Source: Oopsacas minuta
Lineage: Eukaryota; Animalia; Porifera
Length of the DNA stretch: 64,000 nucleotides
Assembly: GCA_024704765.1 (NCBI GenBank)
Contig: JAKMXF010000318.1
Span: 124,001-188,000 of the forward strand
Direction of reading: 5' to 3'
Shown here one piece after another: positions 33,979-47,068 of this stretch. Under the pieces are notes generated by a model. It saw only the letters and a program-made list of their open reading frames with translations. It was not told where the DNA came from and did not search any database. Numbering within the stretch: position 1 is the stretch's first letter; each line of letters begins with the position of its first letter. A program made the translations under genes and the position numbers.

Positions 33979-36900
33979 ATGTTTTTACATTTTCAAATCG
34001 CAATATTTTTCATTTCCCTATTCTTCCCTCTTTCACTTTCCCTCACGAATACTTGCTCCTCTTATTTCCTATTCGAAACCTCAATCCAAAATGCTTCTTT
34101 TCTTCCACATACTGTCACATTGCCGTCAATATTGCTTACAGAGGGATACATACCTGGTGATGAATACATGTTCAATATAGAAACTATAGGCCGTGCGAAA
34201 ATTAACACTTTCCTTTTGCAAGTTCAAACTCAAGGTAGACATTTCAAAATATGATTTTCTAACATGAACATTTTATATTGTGTAGACTCCACACCAATTG
34301 GTACTTTTCTGAGTGACAATCCAAAACAATCTGTCATTACTTGTCACAATACAAATGACAGTTTGATTGATCCTAACCTAACAGCTGATCAGAATCTCAC
34401 ATACTTGAGGGCTATATGGACAGCTCCTGACGCCCCAGAACTCACAGCTACATTATCATTAGTATATATCCTGGGTGTTAGTAGAGATAAATATCGGGAA
34501 TTCAATTCACAGCTATTTTCACTGAAAGGTTGTTTTCTTGGTTAATTTTGTGAATTGAAGATTTATTGGTTAGTTATAGATTTCTGCTCACCTTCTCCCT
34601 GTGAGAATTCGGGTATCTGTCAACAGCTATTAACAGGTGAATATGATTGTATCTGTCAATTTGACTACTTTGGATCAAATTGTCAATACTTCAATGCTTG
34701 TACTTCATCTCCATGTTTGAATAATGGCATGTGTAGTGACCAGGAATATGGATTTCTTTGTGTATGTCCTCCTGGCTACATAGGTAGACAGTGTGAAGTG
34801 GATATAGATGAATGTCAATTAGCTGTAATCAATGAGGTATGAATTACAGTGATTTGCAAATTTATGTGCGTATGTTATACTATTATTTCTATAGGATTCG
34901 TGTATGTTCAATGGAGAATGTATTGATGGTTCTAATACATTTTATTGTAAGTGTGTTAGAGGATATACTGGAGATCGTTGTGAATTCAACTTGCAAGATT
35001 GTACTACTGGTATATGTGGGGATTCAGGCATGTGTGTTGATTTAGTAGGCGACTATATGTGTAATTGTGATGCTGGCACAGCTGGAAGGTGATTATACAC
35101 ATTTGTACGTTTCTCTTTAATTTATATGTTCTATATTTTTAGGAACTGTGAACTTTCGCATGATTGCTCTGCCCAGGAGAATATCTGCTTGAACAATGCT
35201 GTTTGCAATAAGAACACAACCTTTAACGAAATTTCATGTGATTGCCATTCAGGATTTTCTGGGCCTACTTGTACCACTGCTGTAGATCACTGTACTTCTG
35301 ACACATGTCAAAACGATGGCACATGTCACGATCTAATAGATACACATTTATGTGAGTGCTCTCCTGGTTGGGTAGGTGGTAATTGTGAGGTTAACGTGGA
35401 TGAATGTCAGACTCCTGATATCTGTAATAATGGAATTTGTATTGATAATTCTGGATCATATGATTGTTTCTGTGCTAATGGATTTGCTGGGGAATTCTGT
35501 GAATTTAATATTCCTGATTGCTTCGACAGCCTATGTGCTGAGTTTTCCTCTTGTGTGGATGGCGTAGCAGAATATAATTGTACCTGTCCACCAGGTAGAA
35601 CTGGTAGATTTTGTGATACTAACCTAGATCTATGTATGTCAAATCCTTGCAGAAATAACGCTACATGTACTGATGGTGTGCTCTCATATTCTTGTACATG
35701 TATACCAGGTTATACAGGAGATAACTGTGAGACTGAGACAGATGAATGCGAGGATTTTCCTTGTCTTAACAACGGTACTTGTATTGACGGAGTACATGAA
35801 TTCATGTGTATGTGTAGAGATGGCTTTACAGGAGCTTGTTGTGAGGTTAATATTAATGAATGCGAGCCTCAGCCTTGTGAGAATAATGGCATATGCAAAG
35901 ATGGAGTAAATAGCTTTACTTGTGATTGCTTACCTGCTTTCACTAACATAACATGCTCAGATGATGTTAACGAGTGCTCACAACCTATTTGTCAAAACAA
36001 TTCAACATGTACTAATTTCTATGGAGGATTTTCTTGTGCATGTCAATCAGGTTTTATTGGGGAACTTTGTGGTAGTGACATTAACGAGTGTTTGAACGAG
36101 CCTTGCTCTAATGGTGGCGATTGTGTTAATACAATAGGTAACTTTTCATGTGTATGTCCTCCGTCTTATAAAGGTGACATCTGTCAAACATTTGTTCCAA
36201 GTTGTGACATGTTCGATGAGCAGGGAAACAGTCTTGATTGTGAGAACAATGGAACATGTATTGAGACTGAGAATTCTATAATCTGTCAATGTACTGCAGG
36301 CTACACTGGACAATTCTGTGAGGCTATATTTGATCCTTGTTTAAATGCAACCTGTGGCTCAAATAGCACCTGTATGCCTATAGGGTCCAATTACACTTGT
36401 ATCTGTCCTCCAGGAGTAACAGGTTTTGATTGCAATACTGACGTCATGGAGTGTATGAATAATATCTGTGATAACAACGGAACTTGTATGGAATTATTCG
36501 GCTCGTACAAGTGTATATGTGGAGAACTATTTGCAGGTCAGATGTGTGAAATAGCGCTTAACATTTGCGAATTATCACGCCCTTGTTTCAACAACGCAAC
36601 GTGTGAATCAACACAGCTCGGGTCACCCTTATTCAACTGTACATGCCCGTTAGGCTACACTGGAGACATTTGTGAGATACAAATTGATTATTGTGCATCT
36701 AATCCTTGCTTGAATAACGCTACATGTATAACTGCTATTCCTCCTATCTTCTCTCAAACTCCTCTCTTCACTTGCACTTGTCAACAAGGCTATACCGGTA
36801 TTACATGTGCTGAAGATATCAATGAGTGTTTATCAGTGCCTTGTAGGAATAATGCTACCTGTGTGAATCAGCCTGGAAACTATACTTGTGAATGCTTAGC

Positions 36901-39900
36901 AGGATTCACCGGATATAAGTGTGGTGAAGAGATATTAGAGTGTCAGATTTTGACACCTTGTCAGAATAATGGTACTTGTATTGAATTTATAGGTGGTTAT
37001 GCCTGTAATTGTATCCCTGGTTATACAGGAGAGAATTGTTCAGAAAGGATTGACTTCTGTATAGATTCACCCTGTAACAATGGGACTTGTGTTAGTTTAG
37101 ATGATAACTATATGTGTATCTGTTCTCAGGGTGTTACTGGGCCTAACTGTGCTATAGATATTCCAGAGTGTGCATCACAACCATGCATGAACAATGGAAC
37201 ATGTCAGGAAGCATTTGGTTCATTTTCTTGCATCTGCTTATCTGGATTCACCGGAACATTTTGTGAGGAAGAATTTGATAATTGTTCACCAAATCCTTGT
37301 ATGAATGAAGGTTTGTGCATAACCTCTACTAGCAGTTTTGAATGCTTCTGTAGACTGGGTTTTACTGGGAGCCTTTGTCAAATTAACATCAATGATTGTG
37401 CTGATTCACCTTGTCTTAACAGTGGAAATTGTACTGATGGTATAGCTTCATTCTCTTGTGCATGCACTTCCGGTTACGCTGGGACTTTCTGTTCTATTGA
37501 CATTGACAGCTGTCAATCTAGCACTTGTGCTAACAACGGTACTTGTATTGACCTTGCAGGAGATGAAGGTTATATTTGTATGTGTGCTATAGGGTATACA
37601 GGGATAGATTGTGAAGATCAAATCGATGAGTGTTCTAATAGAAACTGCTCTGGTAACGGAGAATGTTTTGACTCTGTTGCTGGATATGATTGTTTTTGTA
37701 ACACAGGATACTCAGGTAGAGACTGTGAGAATAGAATTGATATATGTTCATCTTCTCCTTGTCTAAATGGAGGTAATTGTGTGGAGAATTTCCCTTTCTT
37801 TGAGTGTATTTGTCTGGTTGGTTTCACTGGAGAGCTGTGTCAAACTGATATAGATGAATGCATTCCTAATCCTTGTAGAAATGGGAGCATTTGTGTAGAT
37901 GGATTTAACAGTTTTATGTGTCTGTGTACTGATCCTTATACGGGCTCTACTTGTGATACTGAATTGCTAGAATGCACGTCGAATCCCTGTTTTAATAACG
38001 GTACCTGCTTAGAGATAACGGGAGCTGGTTTCATATGCATTTGCACGGCAGGATATAGTGGAGAGTTATGTGAGAGTCAGATTGATTTTTGTATGTCAGA
38101 ATCTTATATGAATGATCCTTGTATCAACGGGAGCTGTGTAAGTATGAGAGATAGATTTATATGTGTGTGTAATGAAGGTTATACTGGAGCAAGGTGTGAC
38201 AATCAGCTACCATCAATTTGTGTTGCTCAAGTTTTGAATCCGTGTAATAACGGTACATGTATAGCTAGCCCTGAAGTAGAAGAGGGGTTCACTTGTGCCT
38301 GTCTCAAAGGGTACACGGGTGAAAGGTGTGAAAATGAAATTGATGAGTGTATTACGTCACTGGGTATAAGTCAATGTTTGAATGGTAGTTGTATTGATTT
38401 GATAGGAGATTTCTATTGTGTATGTACTAGTGGTTACACAGGGAGACAATGTGATATGTTAATAGATGACTGTAGTCCTGATCCTTGTCAAAATGGGGTA
38501 TGTCGTACTATGAACGGTCAATTTGTATGTCTATGTTATGACGGATATAACGGAGACTTATGTAAAATAGATATTGATGAGTGTGAATCTTCTCCCTGTC
38601 AAAATAACGGAACTTGTATGGATAGGGTCAATAGCACAGAGTGCATTTGTCAACCCGGATATACAGGTAAATATTGTCAGTACTATTTACCTATGTGTAC
38701 TGTAGATACATGCATGAATGATGGTTTATGCATTGAAGATGTTGTTGAAGGGTTTAGATGTATATGCCCTGTTGGGATAACAGGAAGGAACTGTGACGTC
38801 ATATTATTATTCTGTAAGGAAGATTCGTGTCTAAATGGAGGCATGTGTGTTGATATTGTGGATGGGTTTGAATGTGTTTGCCCTGCAGGATACACTGGAG
38901 AACGTTGTGATAATATTCTTGATTTCTGTGAATCAATGCCTTGCTTCAACAATGCTACATGTATTTCTACTAACTCTAGTTTCTCATGTATTTGTATTGG
39001 AAATTATATCGGTAATCTATGTCAGTATCATGATAACTGTCCTGGATTTGATTGTAACAACGGTGTATGTGTGAATTTGGTTAATAGTACAAGCAAACCC
39101 ATCACTTTAGTAACAAGTCTAATTGGAGATGGATTGATATCATGTGTATGCGAGGCAGGTTATTCTGGTGAACTTTGTGACCAGTTAATTGACCTTTGTA
39201 CACTAAATAATGACACATGTTCCAACAGAGGGACATGCATAGTTACAGGGGAAGATATGTATAGATGTGATTGTGATCTGGGTTATGCTGGAAATAACTG
39301 TCAAACTGGTGAGTTGGAAGAATAATAGAGTTTGTATATGAATTTTAAATGATGTAATCTCTATAGCTGTATCTTCAGTATATTTTACTCAAAGCTCTTA
39401 CCTGGAGCTAGCGTCTATACCAAATGCACTGAACCAATACACTATTGAGTTGTCAATACAAACTAACGATTCATCAGCTCTGCTTCTCTACACAGCACAG
39501 GATAGTTCACAGAATAGAGAGTTCTTTGATTTTCTATTAGTTCAAATAATTTCAGGACAAGTTAGGGTTACATTTGACTGTGGGAGCGGTCCTGGTACCG
39601 CACAGAGTAATTTCAACATAGATGATGGAAAGGTAATTTACCTGACACCCCATTAGTGGAGGTACACTACATACGGTTAAATCAATCAATCAGATACTTG
39701 TTTCTCCATGGAGAAAAGTGGAAACTTTGTGATGTATTGATCAATTGATTTATAGAATCAACTTTATTTAATAGGCACATATCATCTTAATAATACGAGA
39801 AGGCCAATCTATACAATTAACTGTTGATAGTAGAGTGTATAGACATTCGTCACCTGGGGACAATACACAGCAAATATTAACTCTACCATTATTTGTTGGT

Positions 39901-42900
39901 GGTCTTAGCGACTACGATATTCTCCCTACACGTTTCAGAGGGTTAAACGGGTATACAGGATGTGTGCATTATATTATAGTGACGTCACAGGTCCTTTCGT
40001 TAACAAAAGATTATATTAATGCAGTAGGAATACAAACTTGCCAGGTAATAATACGTGTATATTAAAATAATTCACCTAAATATGCTAATCTTCTCTGTTT
40101 ATTCACATCTTCTCCACATATATTCCTTAAGAAATGGTATGTAAGTCCATTCTTGTGCTGCAATTTGGTTGCAGCATTTGCTCGTACTTCCTCTTCTACT
40201 CACCTCAAAGTCTATACTTCACGTAAAGACCTTCATTTAACCCGATATCTTTTATGGAAGAGACATTAGGGACTAGTTGTCCTCCTTCCAATCCGATAGG
40301 TTATACCCACCCATGCTAACCATATGATCCCGAAAAGTGTGATGAGATAATTTTACTGATACTTATTTAATTTATAAGCTTATTATTAGGAATCCTTTTG
40401 CTAGTAAATACATATAATATTCTTAGTTACCATGCTTGCTCATAGTTATGCACACCCATTATTATTCAATAGGAACCTGCTTGTGGTTATGTACAATGTC
40501 AGAATGGTGGACAATGCAATGATGATGTAGATAGCTTCTATCGTTGTATTTGCCCTGAGGGGTATAGAGGGATATTTTGTGAAGTTTTGAGTACGAGTTG
40601 TAGGAGTGTTGAAGGTACAGGGGAGCTTGCTAATGGTGATACGGAGATAGTATGTTTTAATGGAGGAGATTGTAAGCAGATTGATAACCGATTCATGTGC
40701 GTGTGTATGTTGGGATTTACTGGGGATATCTGTCAGCAAGGTAAGCGAATTATTCATAAATTTACCTTGAAAATCCCCGATTTATTGCACACTCAACACT
40801 GTAGTTACACAGATTGATACACCATATTTTTCTGGAGAAGACAGTTATCTTATTTTTACATCTTTCCTTGACCTTTCTTTCACATTTAATATTTCAATCT
40901 CATTCCGACCTATGGCACAAAACGGTGTAATATTCTACTCATCACAATATGCAACTCCTCCAATAGGAGACTACACCATACTACAGCTACACAATGGGTA
41001 TATACAGTTTATATTTGACTGTGGATCTGGAGCTTTGATATTAACTAGTATTGATAAATTGGTGCTAAACAGCTGGCATAAAGTTAGAGCTGTTAGAAGG
41101 GGTAGAGTTGGATATCTGTATGTAGACTCACAACAAGTACAAACTAGATCTTCTTTTGGTGTTTCAGCGGTGCTTAACTTAGCTGACAACTTGTATTTAG
41201 GTCAGATATACATACATTTTTATATACATGTTATGATATTTGATTAATTAACTTTCTTTGTACAAATAGGTGGATATGACAGCAGAGTTGTAACTCTACC
41301 TCCTACTGTAATACAGAATAATACAGGTCTAATAGGTTGTATCGAAGAATTCAATTCATCTTCTATCTCTATAATGTTATCACAAGCTACAGCTGGTAGA
41401 GCTATCAATTCATGTCCTGTTTCGCTATGCAACAGCTCGTATTGTTATAACGATGCCATTTGCCTTGAGGATTTATCTACGATGATTATAGAAGTTTCTT
41501 GTAGCTGTCAACAGGGGTATAGTGGTGACAGGTGTCAAAATGTGATTGACGTATGTCTAACTGATAATCCTTGTCAAGGTGGGGGGATTTGTCAAACTAC
41601 TGGTGAAGGAAATATTTTTATTTGTCAATGTCCTCTTGGCAGATATGGCCTCACATGTGAAAATGGTAATTAATGTTTTTCAAAATTGTAAATATATTAT
41701 CGTTTATTTCCTTATATAGAATTTACACCTATTCTTCCTAAGTTGACTTCTCCACAGTCATTTTTACAATACTCGTTACTACCGCACTTTTCCGTGGATT
41801 CCTACACTAAGATTATATACTCATTCACATTCGATTTTTCTGTAATTCCTGAATTAGAATCTCAATTACGGAGTCTCATGTATTTTGGTTCAGTTGACTC
41901 TGACGACTTTATGGCATTGCTACTATATTTCTCCGAGGATAATACTAATCCTTATCTACAGCTACATTATAATATTGGTTCTGGTATACATATAACTAAT
42001 GGGCCTTCTTTACAACAAGATATACTCTATACAGGTAAATTATATAACTGCCATTAACTGAGCCTGTGGAAACGGGGTGGGTAACATTTTTCGGCGTCCC
42101 TGATACGCTGTTTATTGAGATTACACTGTATTTTCTTACCAGAAATTAGATTTATGATTCTACATTTGTAGTGTCTCTGACTCGGTATCTACAACACTTC
42201 ACATTAACAACACATTCTGATACAACTGGAGATACCTTGTTAGAGAGTTCTAATACAGGACCAGACACTGTACTAAACTTACCAATATCATCTGGAGTTA
42301 TTATAATAGGAGCACTTTCTCAACAACTTCAATCTCGTATAACCTCATCAGCTGATATAACAGCTGTAAGAGGGTGTATGCATACTCTCAAAGTAAGATT
42401 ATTATTAACTTTATTCCTGTGATACTTTATGAATTATATTATAGGTGAATTTTTTCGAGTATGGAGTAATTACGTCAGCTGATCAGGGCCTCGCTATATC
42501 AGATTGTCTACAGGATATTTGCTATAATTCACAGCCTTGCATGAATGATGGTATTTGTATACAAAATGAACATACGAGTATTGTATGTTTGTGTGGATTA
42601 GGATTTATTGGTGATAATTGTGTACAAGCTATCTCGATATCTACTGCATCATTCCTGAGCTATTCTAGTCTCACCTTCAATCCAATCCCTGGTCCAATAA
42701 CAGAGAAACTCGTCATTTCCTTACCTATAAAGCTTGATACTTTATCCGGCAAATTATTGTTAATTACAAATGATTTGGAAACAGAGTTTATCCGCTTAGA
42801 GCTATTACATGGAATATTCCTATTGAATTCTCATCTTGGAGATGCTAGATCAATACAATCTCTATTGCCTAGTCGTTGGTATAACTTAACTATTGTAATC

Positions 42901-45900
42901 ACCACTCAACACATTTCAGTATTGATTGATGGAGAAATTTATTTTGAAATTACATACTCCGATCCAATCCAGTTTATAACTACAGATACACTCGAGTTAT
43001 TTACTATAGGATCTTCAATATTAAGTCAACAAAGCTTTCAAGGTTGTATTGGTAATATTACGATTAATTATGACGAGGTCATGCTTATACTTTCCCCTTC
43101 AAATGCTACAGAGGGTCATGGTGTATCTCAATGTGTGTTTTCCAGGCAGTGTAGTTCTAGTGTATGCTCACATCATGGTGTATGTAGTTTGAATGATGAT
43201 TTGAGCTATAATTGTGTTTGTCATGAAGGGTTCAATGGTAGTATATGTGATATAGCTTTTTTTGAGTGTGATAATCGTCAGGTTGGGTGTGTCAATGGGG
43301 GAACATGTAAAGTGGAGATATTAGATGGCAGACAGGAATTTGGTTGTATATGTCACTTGCCCTATACTGGTGACAAGTGCCAATACAGTAAGTGATGATT
43401 AAGTCAGCTGTTTCCAACCTGGGGTCCACAGGATCTCAAAATTTGTCCAACGGGCGAAAAAGGTTGAGAATAGCTGGATTAGACATTTGTATTATTTGTT
43501 TGTTTTATTGTTTTTATTTTAAAGAATCTACTTTCACTTCTGTGTACTTTAACACCAATTCATATCTTGGATTTCCATCAAGTTTTCTATCAAGGTAATT
43601 TGTAATCGATGTCTTCATATTTATTTATTTACTTGAATTTTAATTAGCTTCAGGACAAGTACAGTAATTGAATTAGTTATGATGCCAGAATCAGGTGATG
43701 GGGTGTTACTTTTCGCACAAAATATACAGGTAACGTTAATTTATATCTTGTATAGAAATACAGTATTTATTGTTTATCTGATAGGGAACATCTAGACAAG
43801 ATTACATCTATATAGGATTACGTAACTACAAGGTTGAATTCAGGTATTTAAAGCTTTCAAAAATAATACCTTTATTACAAATAATTATACAAAAATAGAT
43901 ATGAATGTATGTACAATAAAACCTAGCAAACATGTTCACTGTATTTGACCTTGGCTGGGTTCGTTTGTATAGCTATATGTCTGTTTCTGTAAATCCACTG
44001 CGAAATTGTAAAGCACCTGGTGAATGAATCTGTACTGTTCTCGCGTCTGTACAGCACCAGGTCTATCTCTTCTTAAACTGGAGACTATACGGAGAATATC
44101 TAGTCGCTCATCTCCCTGTAATATTGCTTGAATTCCTAGAGAATAAATAGAGAGAAATAAAATTTAATGAAAACTTGCTCAGAGCTACATGATGTCCATG
44201 CCATTATTTTATGACATATTGTAGGTAAATTTGATGCTGGCGGTAGCTGAAACTATTTTCCAATTAATTGTGGTCTTAATCAAAATTAATGTATGCACTT
44301 ACCAATATCCACCGCAATGATCACTCCAGTTCTCCCTATACCCGCAGAACAGTGTACAAGTGCTGGACCTTCTGAATCAGCCATTTTAACTTCTTGTAAG
44401 AAGTCTGTCAGTTTCCTAGTGTCGTCTGGTACTCCCTGTTCTGGCCAGAAAGTCAGTTTGTAATGTCGTATCACTCTTGTCTCGCCTGTCAATTATCCGT
44501 AATAAACATAAAAGTATGCATTAATTATCTACTTTTATCAATCACATACCTTGTTCGAGATGTCTAAGTGCTAGTATTGCTTCATTAAAGTCAGTATGTG
44601 CTGTGTGTTTAGTGAGAGTTACTTCTAACTTCCCGTATTCTTGTGATCCTTGTGAAGGCCAGTATCTAAACAGAACAGATCATATTAAATTTTCAATATC
44701 ATATTTTTTGGTAACAAACCTTTCACATTTCTCAAAACCTCTCTCCTCGAAGTTCGTAGCCATCGTAATAATTTCAGCTTTGTGCTCCCAGACCATAATC
44801 CAGAATTCGTCTATTGTAGTAGCCATAGGTGCTTGTGTAGCAACATACTGTACATCTGTACCTTCATAGCCCTTCACGAAGCTAGCGTTAATGTAATCTG
44901 AACTAGGATCACTACCTAATATATATGCAGTCGTTATTTTATGATATTTTGAAATAAATATTGATAATTACCTTGTATGCCTAAAGGGACTCTTGTCCTG
45001 AGACAAGGTAGAACATTGCTGAAACGATTCTTCTTCTCAGCACCGGGAGGGATTTCTGAAGGATCCACGTGGTTAGGAGGCAGTTTCCTAAACTCTGTTT
45101 CTAAATATCCAGGCTGCTTTATAGTAGCTAATAGTTGTTTTAATGTTACAGGACGAGATAAGACTTTGCCCATGTAAGGGGCATTATCTGTTAAGTCACT
45201 GTCTGAATCCAATTCAGGAGGTTCGAACATTGTTATCCCTGCGTTACTGCTAGACTGAGATAAATCTGAATGATGATAAACTTGTATTGCGTTCCCTATT
45301 TTAAATAATAATCGGTAAATTCAATTATTGTAGGATTGTATTCGTTTTCGGTTAATACCTGCAGCCATTTCATTCTGATACATTATAGTTTGGTCCATCA
45401 TATTCAATACTTCTTCGCCAGGAGTTAAGCCAGGATTCCCAGGCATACCTTTCATCTGAGGTGGCATTGCTGTCATTTGAATCACCTCACCTCCATCCAT
45501 ATTTCTCGTTACTATTCCTCTACCTTGTGTTCCAGAATATTCCATTTCCATACCCATAGCCATACCCATACCACTTGCTTCTGTCATATCAAACTATATT
45601 ATGGTACACGTATATGAAACAAAAATATCTAATATTTAATCATTTTCTCGCTCACCATATTACCTACCTGTCTATCATAATTGTGTTCTCTGTTATTGAT
45701 ATGAACAGCGTTGTATGGTCCATGTTGAATCGTATATGTCTCTGTAACTGGTTTCCTCCTGTATAGAGCATGAACTATCATAATACAGAATATTACAAGC
45801 CAAATGAGGAAAAGAACGCCAGCTGCTACTATAATTCCGATACTCCAGGCTGGAAGTATCTCCGAAGGATTACTTGGTTGTGGGAAGAACATAGCTAGAA

Positions 45901-46878
45901 AATTCGCGATTATTTTCATTAAATTTATACATACAGTAGACATACATATGTAATTGGCCTCTAGTTGTCATTAACTTTTTGCGATTCTTTTTGTTAGTAT
46001 ATGGATTATGAAATTCACTTTTACACGAAAAATAATATATTACTCAACACGTTAAGTTGTTAAACTTCAATTTCTATCTAAAATTAAATCTGGAAATGTT
46101 TGATTCGTTTTGCCTCAGTTCTTTAGCTATAATTGAATCAATATAGTTTCTATGTAAGAATGTATCTTGTAAGTAATTAGTGCATATAGCTGATCCATTT
46201 GCTTGAATTTATGTGTTTTAAAGTAGCCATTCAGAGCTCTGCATTGTTCTCCCTTATCAAATTACATTCTTATCTTGCTTGGCTCCTAAATGAAGCTCGA
46301 CCATAGTTTATCTATGGTCTCATTTTTATATTAACCGATTGCAATCCATGTCATTTAATGGACATGCAATGAAATTTGAAAACTTCTCAATTTAGGTTTT
46401 TAATTAATTAACCAATTTCTATTCTAATAGGTTCGATTTAGGTTCTGGTAGTAGAACGCTAGTTAGCACACAATCTATTGAATTGGGGAAACCAATTTCT
46501 ATACGAGCTATAAGGTATTCATAATTTATGTATACACGTATTATGTATTCTATTATTGTCTAATTAGGAATGAAAAATCTGGACAGCTTTTTATTGATGA
46601 CAATTTGGAAGCAAGTGGTGATTCGCCTGGTATTTCAAATTTCTTTGCTGTAAACACAGATATCTACTTGGGTAGTTAAAATTACAAAATTTTAATCGCG
46701 GTGTATTTATCATTTATTACTTCTAGGAGGAGTACCTTTTGGTCACCTTATCGCCCCCTTTGGGTCCACTCAAGGGTTCGAAGGGTGCATAGGATCATTT
46801 CAGGTTGGTTATCAAACCAGTACAATTCCAGTCTCATTCACTTCCGCTACATCTGGTATAGACATTAGGCAATGTTAA
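33979..46878 (+). CDS. Secreted Reeler-like + ~40 EGF + 5 laminin-G protein, eyes-shut (EYS)-like architecture (19 exons, ~2,913 aa)
   Basis: Exons: 33979-34234, 34286-34528, 34580-34836, 34895-35088, 35143-39308, 39367-39632, 39775-40044, 40473-40740, 40805-41200, 41270-41665, 41720-42034, 42172-42392, 42445-43387, 43525-43594, 43648-43729, 43785-43843, 46431-46514, 46568-46671, 46727-46878. All are GT-AG and phase-consistent, and they sum to 8,742 nt. LamG strings include VTFDCGSG, FIFDCGSG and VEFR|FDLGSG. The protein ends ...GIDIRQC* with no TM. Confidence 0.85.
42061..42128. mobile_element. Truncated MITE family B copy in EYS-like intron 11
   Basis: GCCTGTGGAAAC...CATTTTTCGGCGTCCCTGATACGCTGTTTATTGAGATTACACTG-TA parallels the 3' half of the 52316 copy. 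Confidence 0.65.
43405..43476. mobile_element. hAT/Charlie-like MITE (family C) in EYS-like intron 13
   Basis: TIRs are CAGCTGTTTCCAACCT and AGGTTGAGAATAGCTG. CCAACCTGGGGTC recalls hAT-Charlie ends. A related left end starts at 53836. Confidence 0.65.
43936..45892 (-). CDS. Membrane-anchored single-domain protein tyrosine phosphatase (7 coding exons, 492 aa), nested antisense in intron 16 of the EYS-like gene
   Basis: Minus-strand exons 45892-45668, 45593-45359, 45295-44972, 44915-44720, 44665-44550, 44485-44303, 44135-43936 sum to 1,479 nt. Motifs: KNRF, DYINAS, ATQAP, FWIMVWE, KCERYWP, WPEQGVP, HCSAGIGRTG, QTREQYRF. An N-terminal TM reads IGIIVAAGVLFLIWLVIFCIMIV. Confidence 0.9.
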
Positions 46879-47068
46879 TAACAAACATAGAATTTTCACA
46901 CTTCAAATATATTCATATTTTCTATTTATTAATATATACCAATCACCTATTTATTAATATTACTCTGATTTAACATTATCTTCTCTGTTTCACCATCTAC
47001 ACCACTATTTATCTTATAGGCATTTGAGGTTATATATTTGCCATTTAATTCATTTTCAGTTAGATATT

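Noticed and set aside
2031-39074. Numerous 60-150-aa ORFs antisense to or overlapping the giant gene, adhesion GPCR and EGF exon
   Set aside because: They are shadow ORFs of long coding exons, with no independent motifs or splice logic.
46281-46372. Two adjacent hairpins (GACCATAG/CTATGGTC and CATGTC/GACATG) upstream of the nested PTP as an H/ACA RNA
   Set aside because: The stems are short and AT-rich, with no proper pocket and no ACA box; this is compatible with chance.
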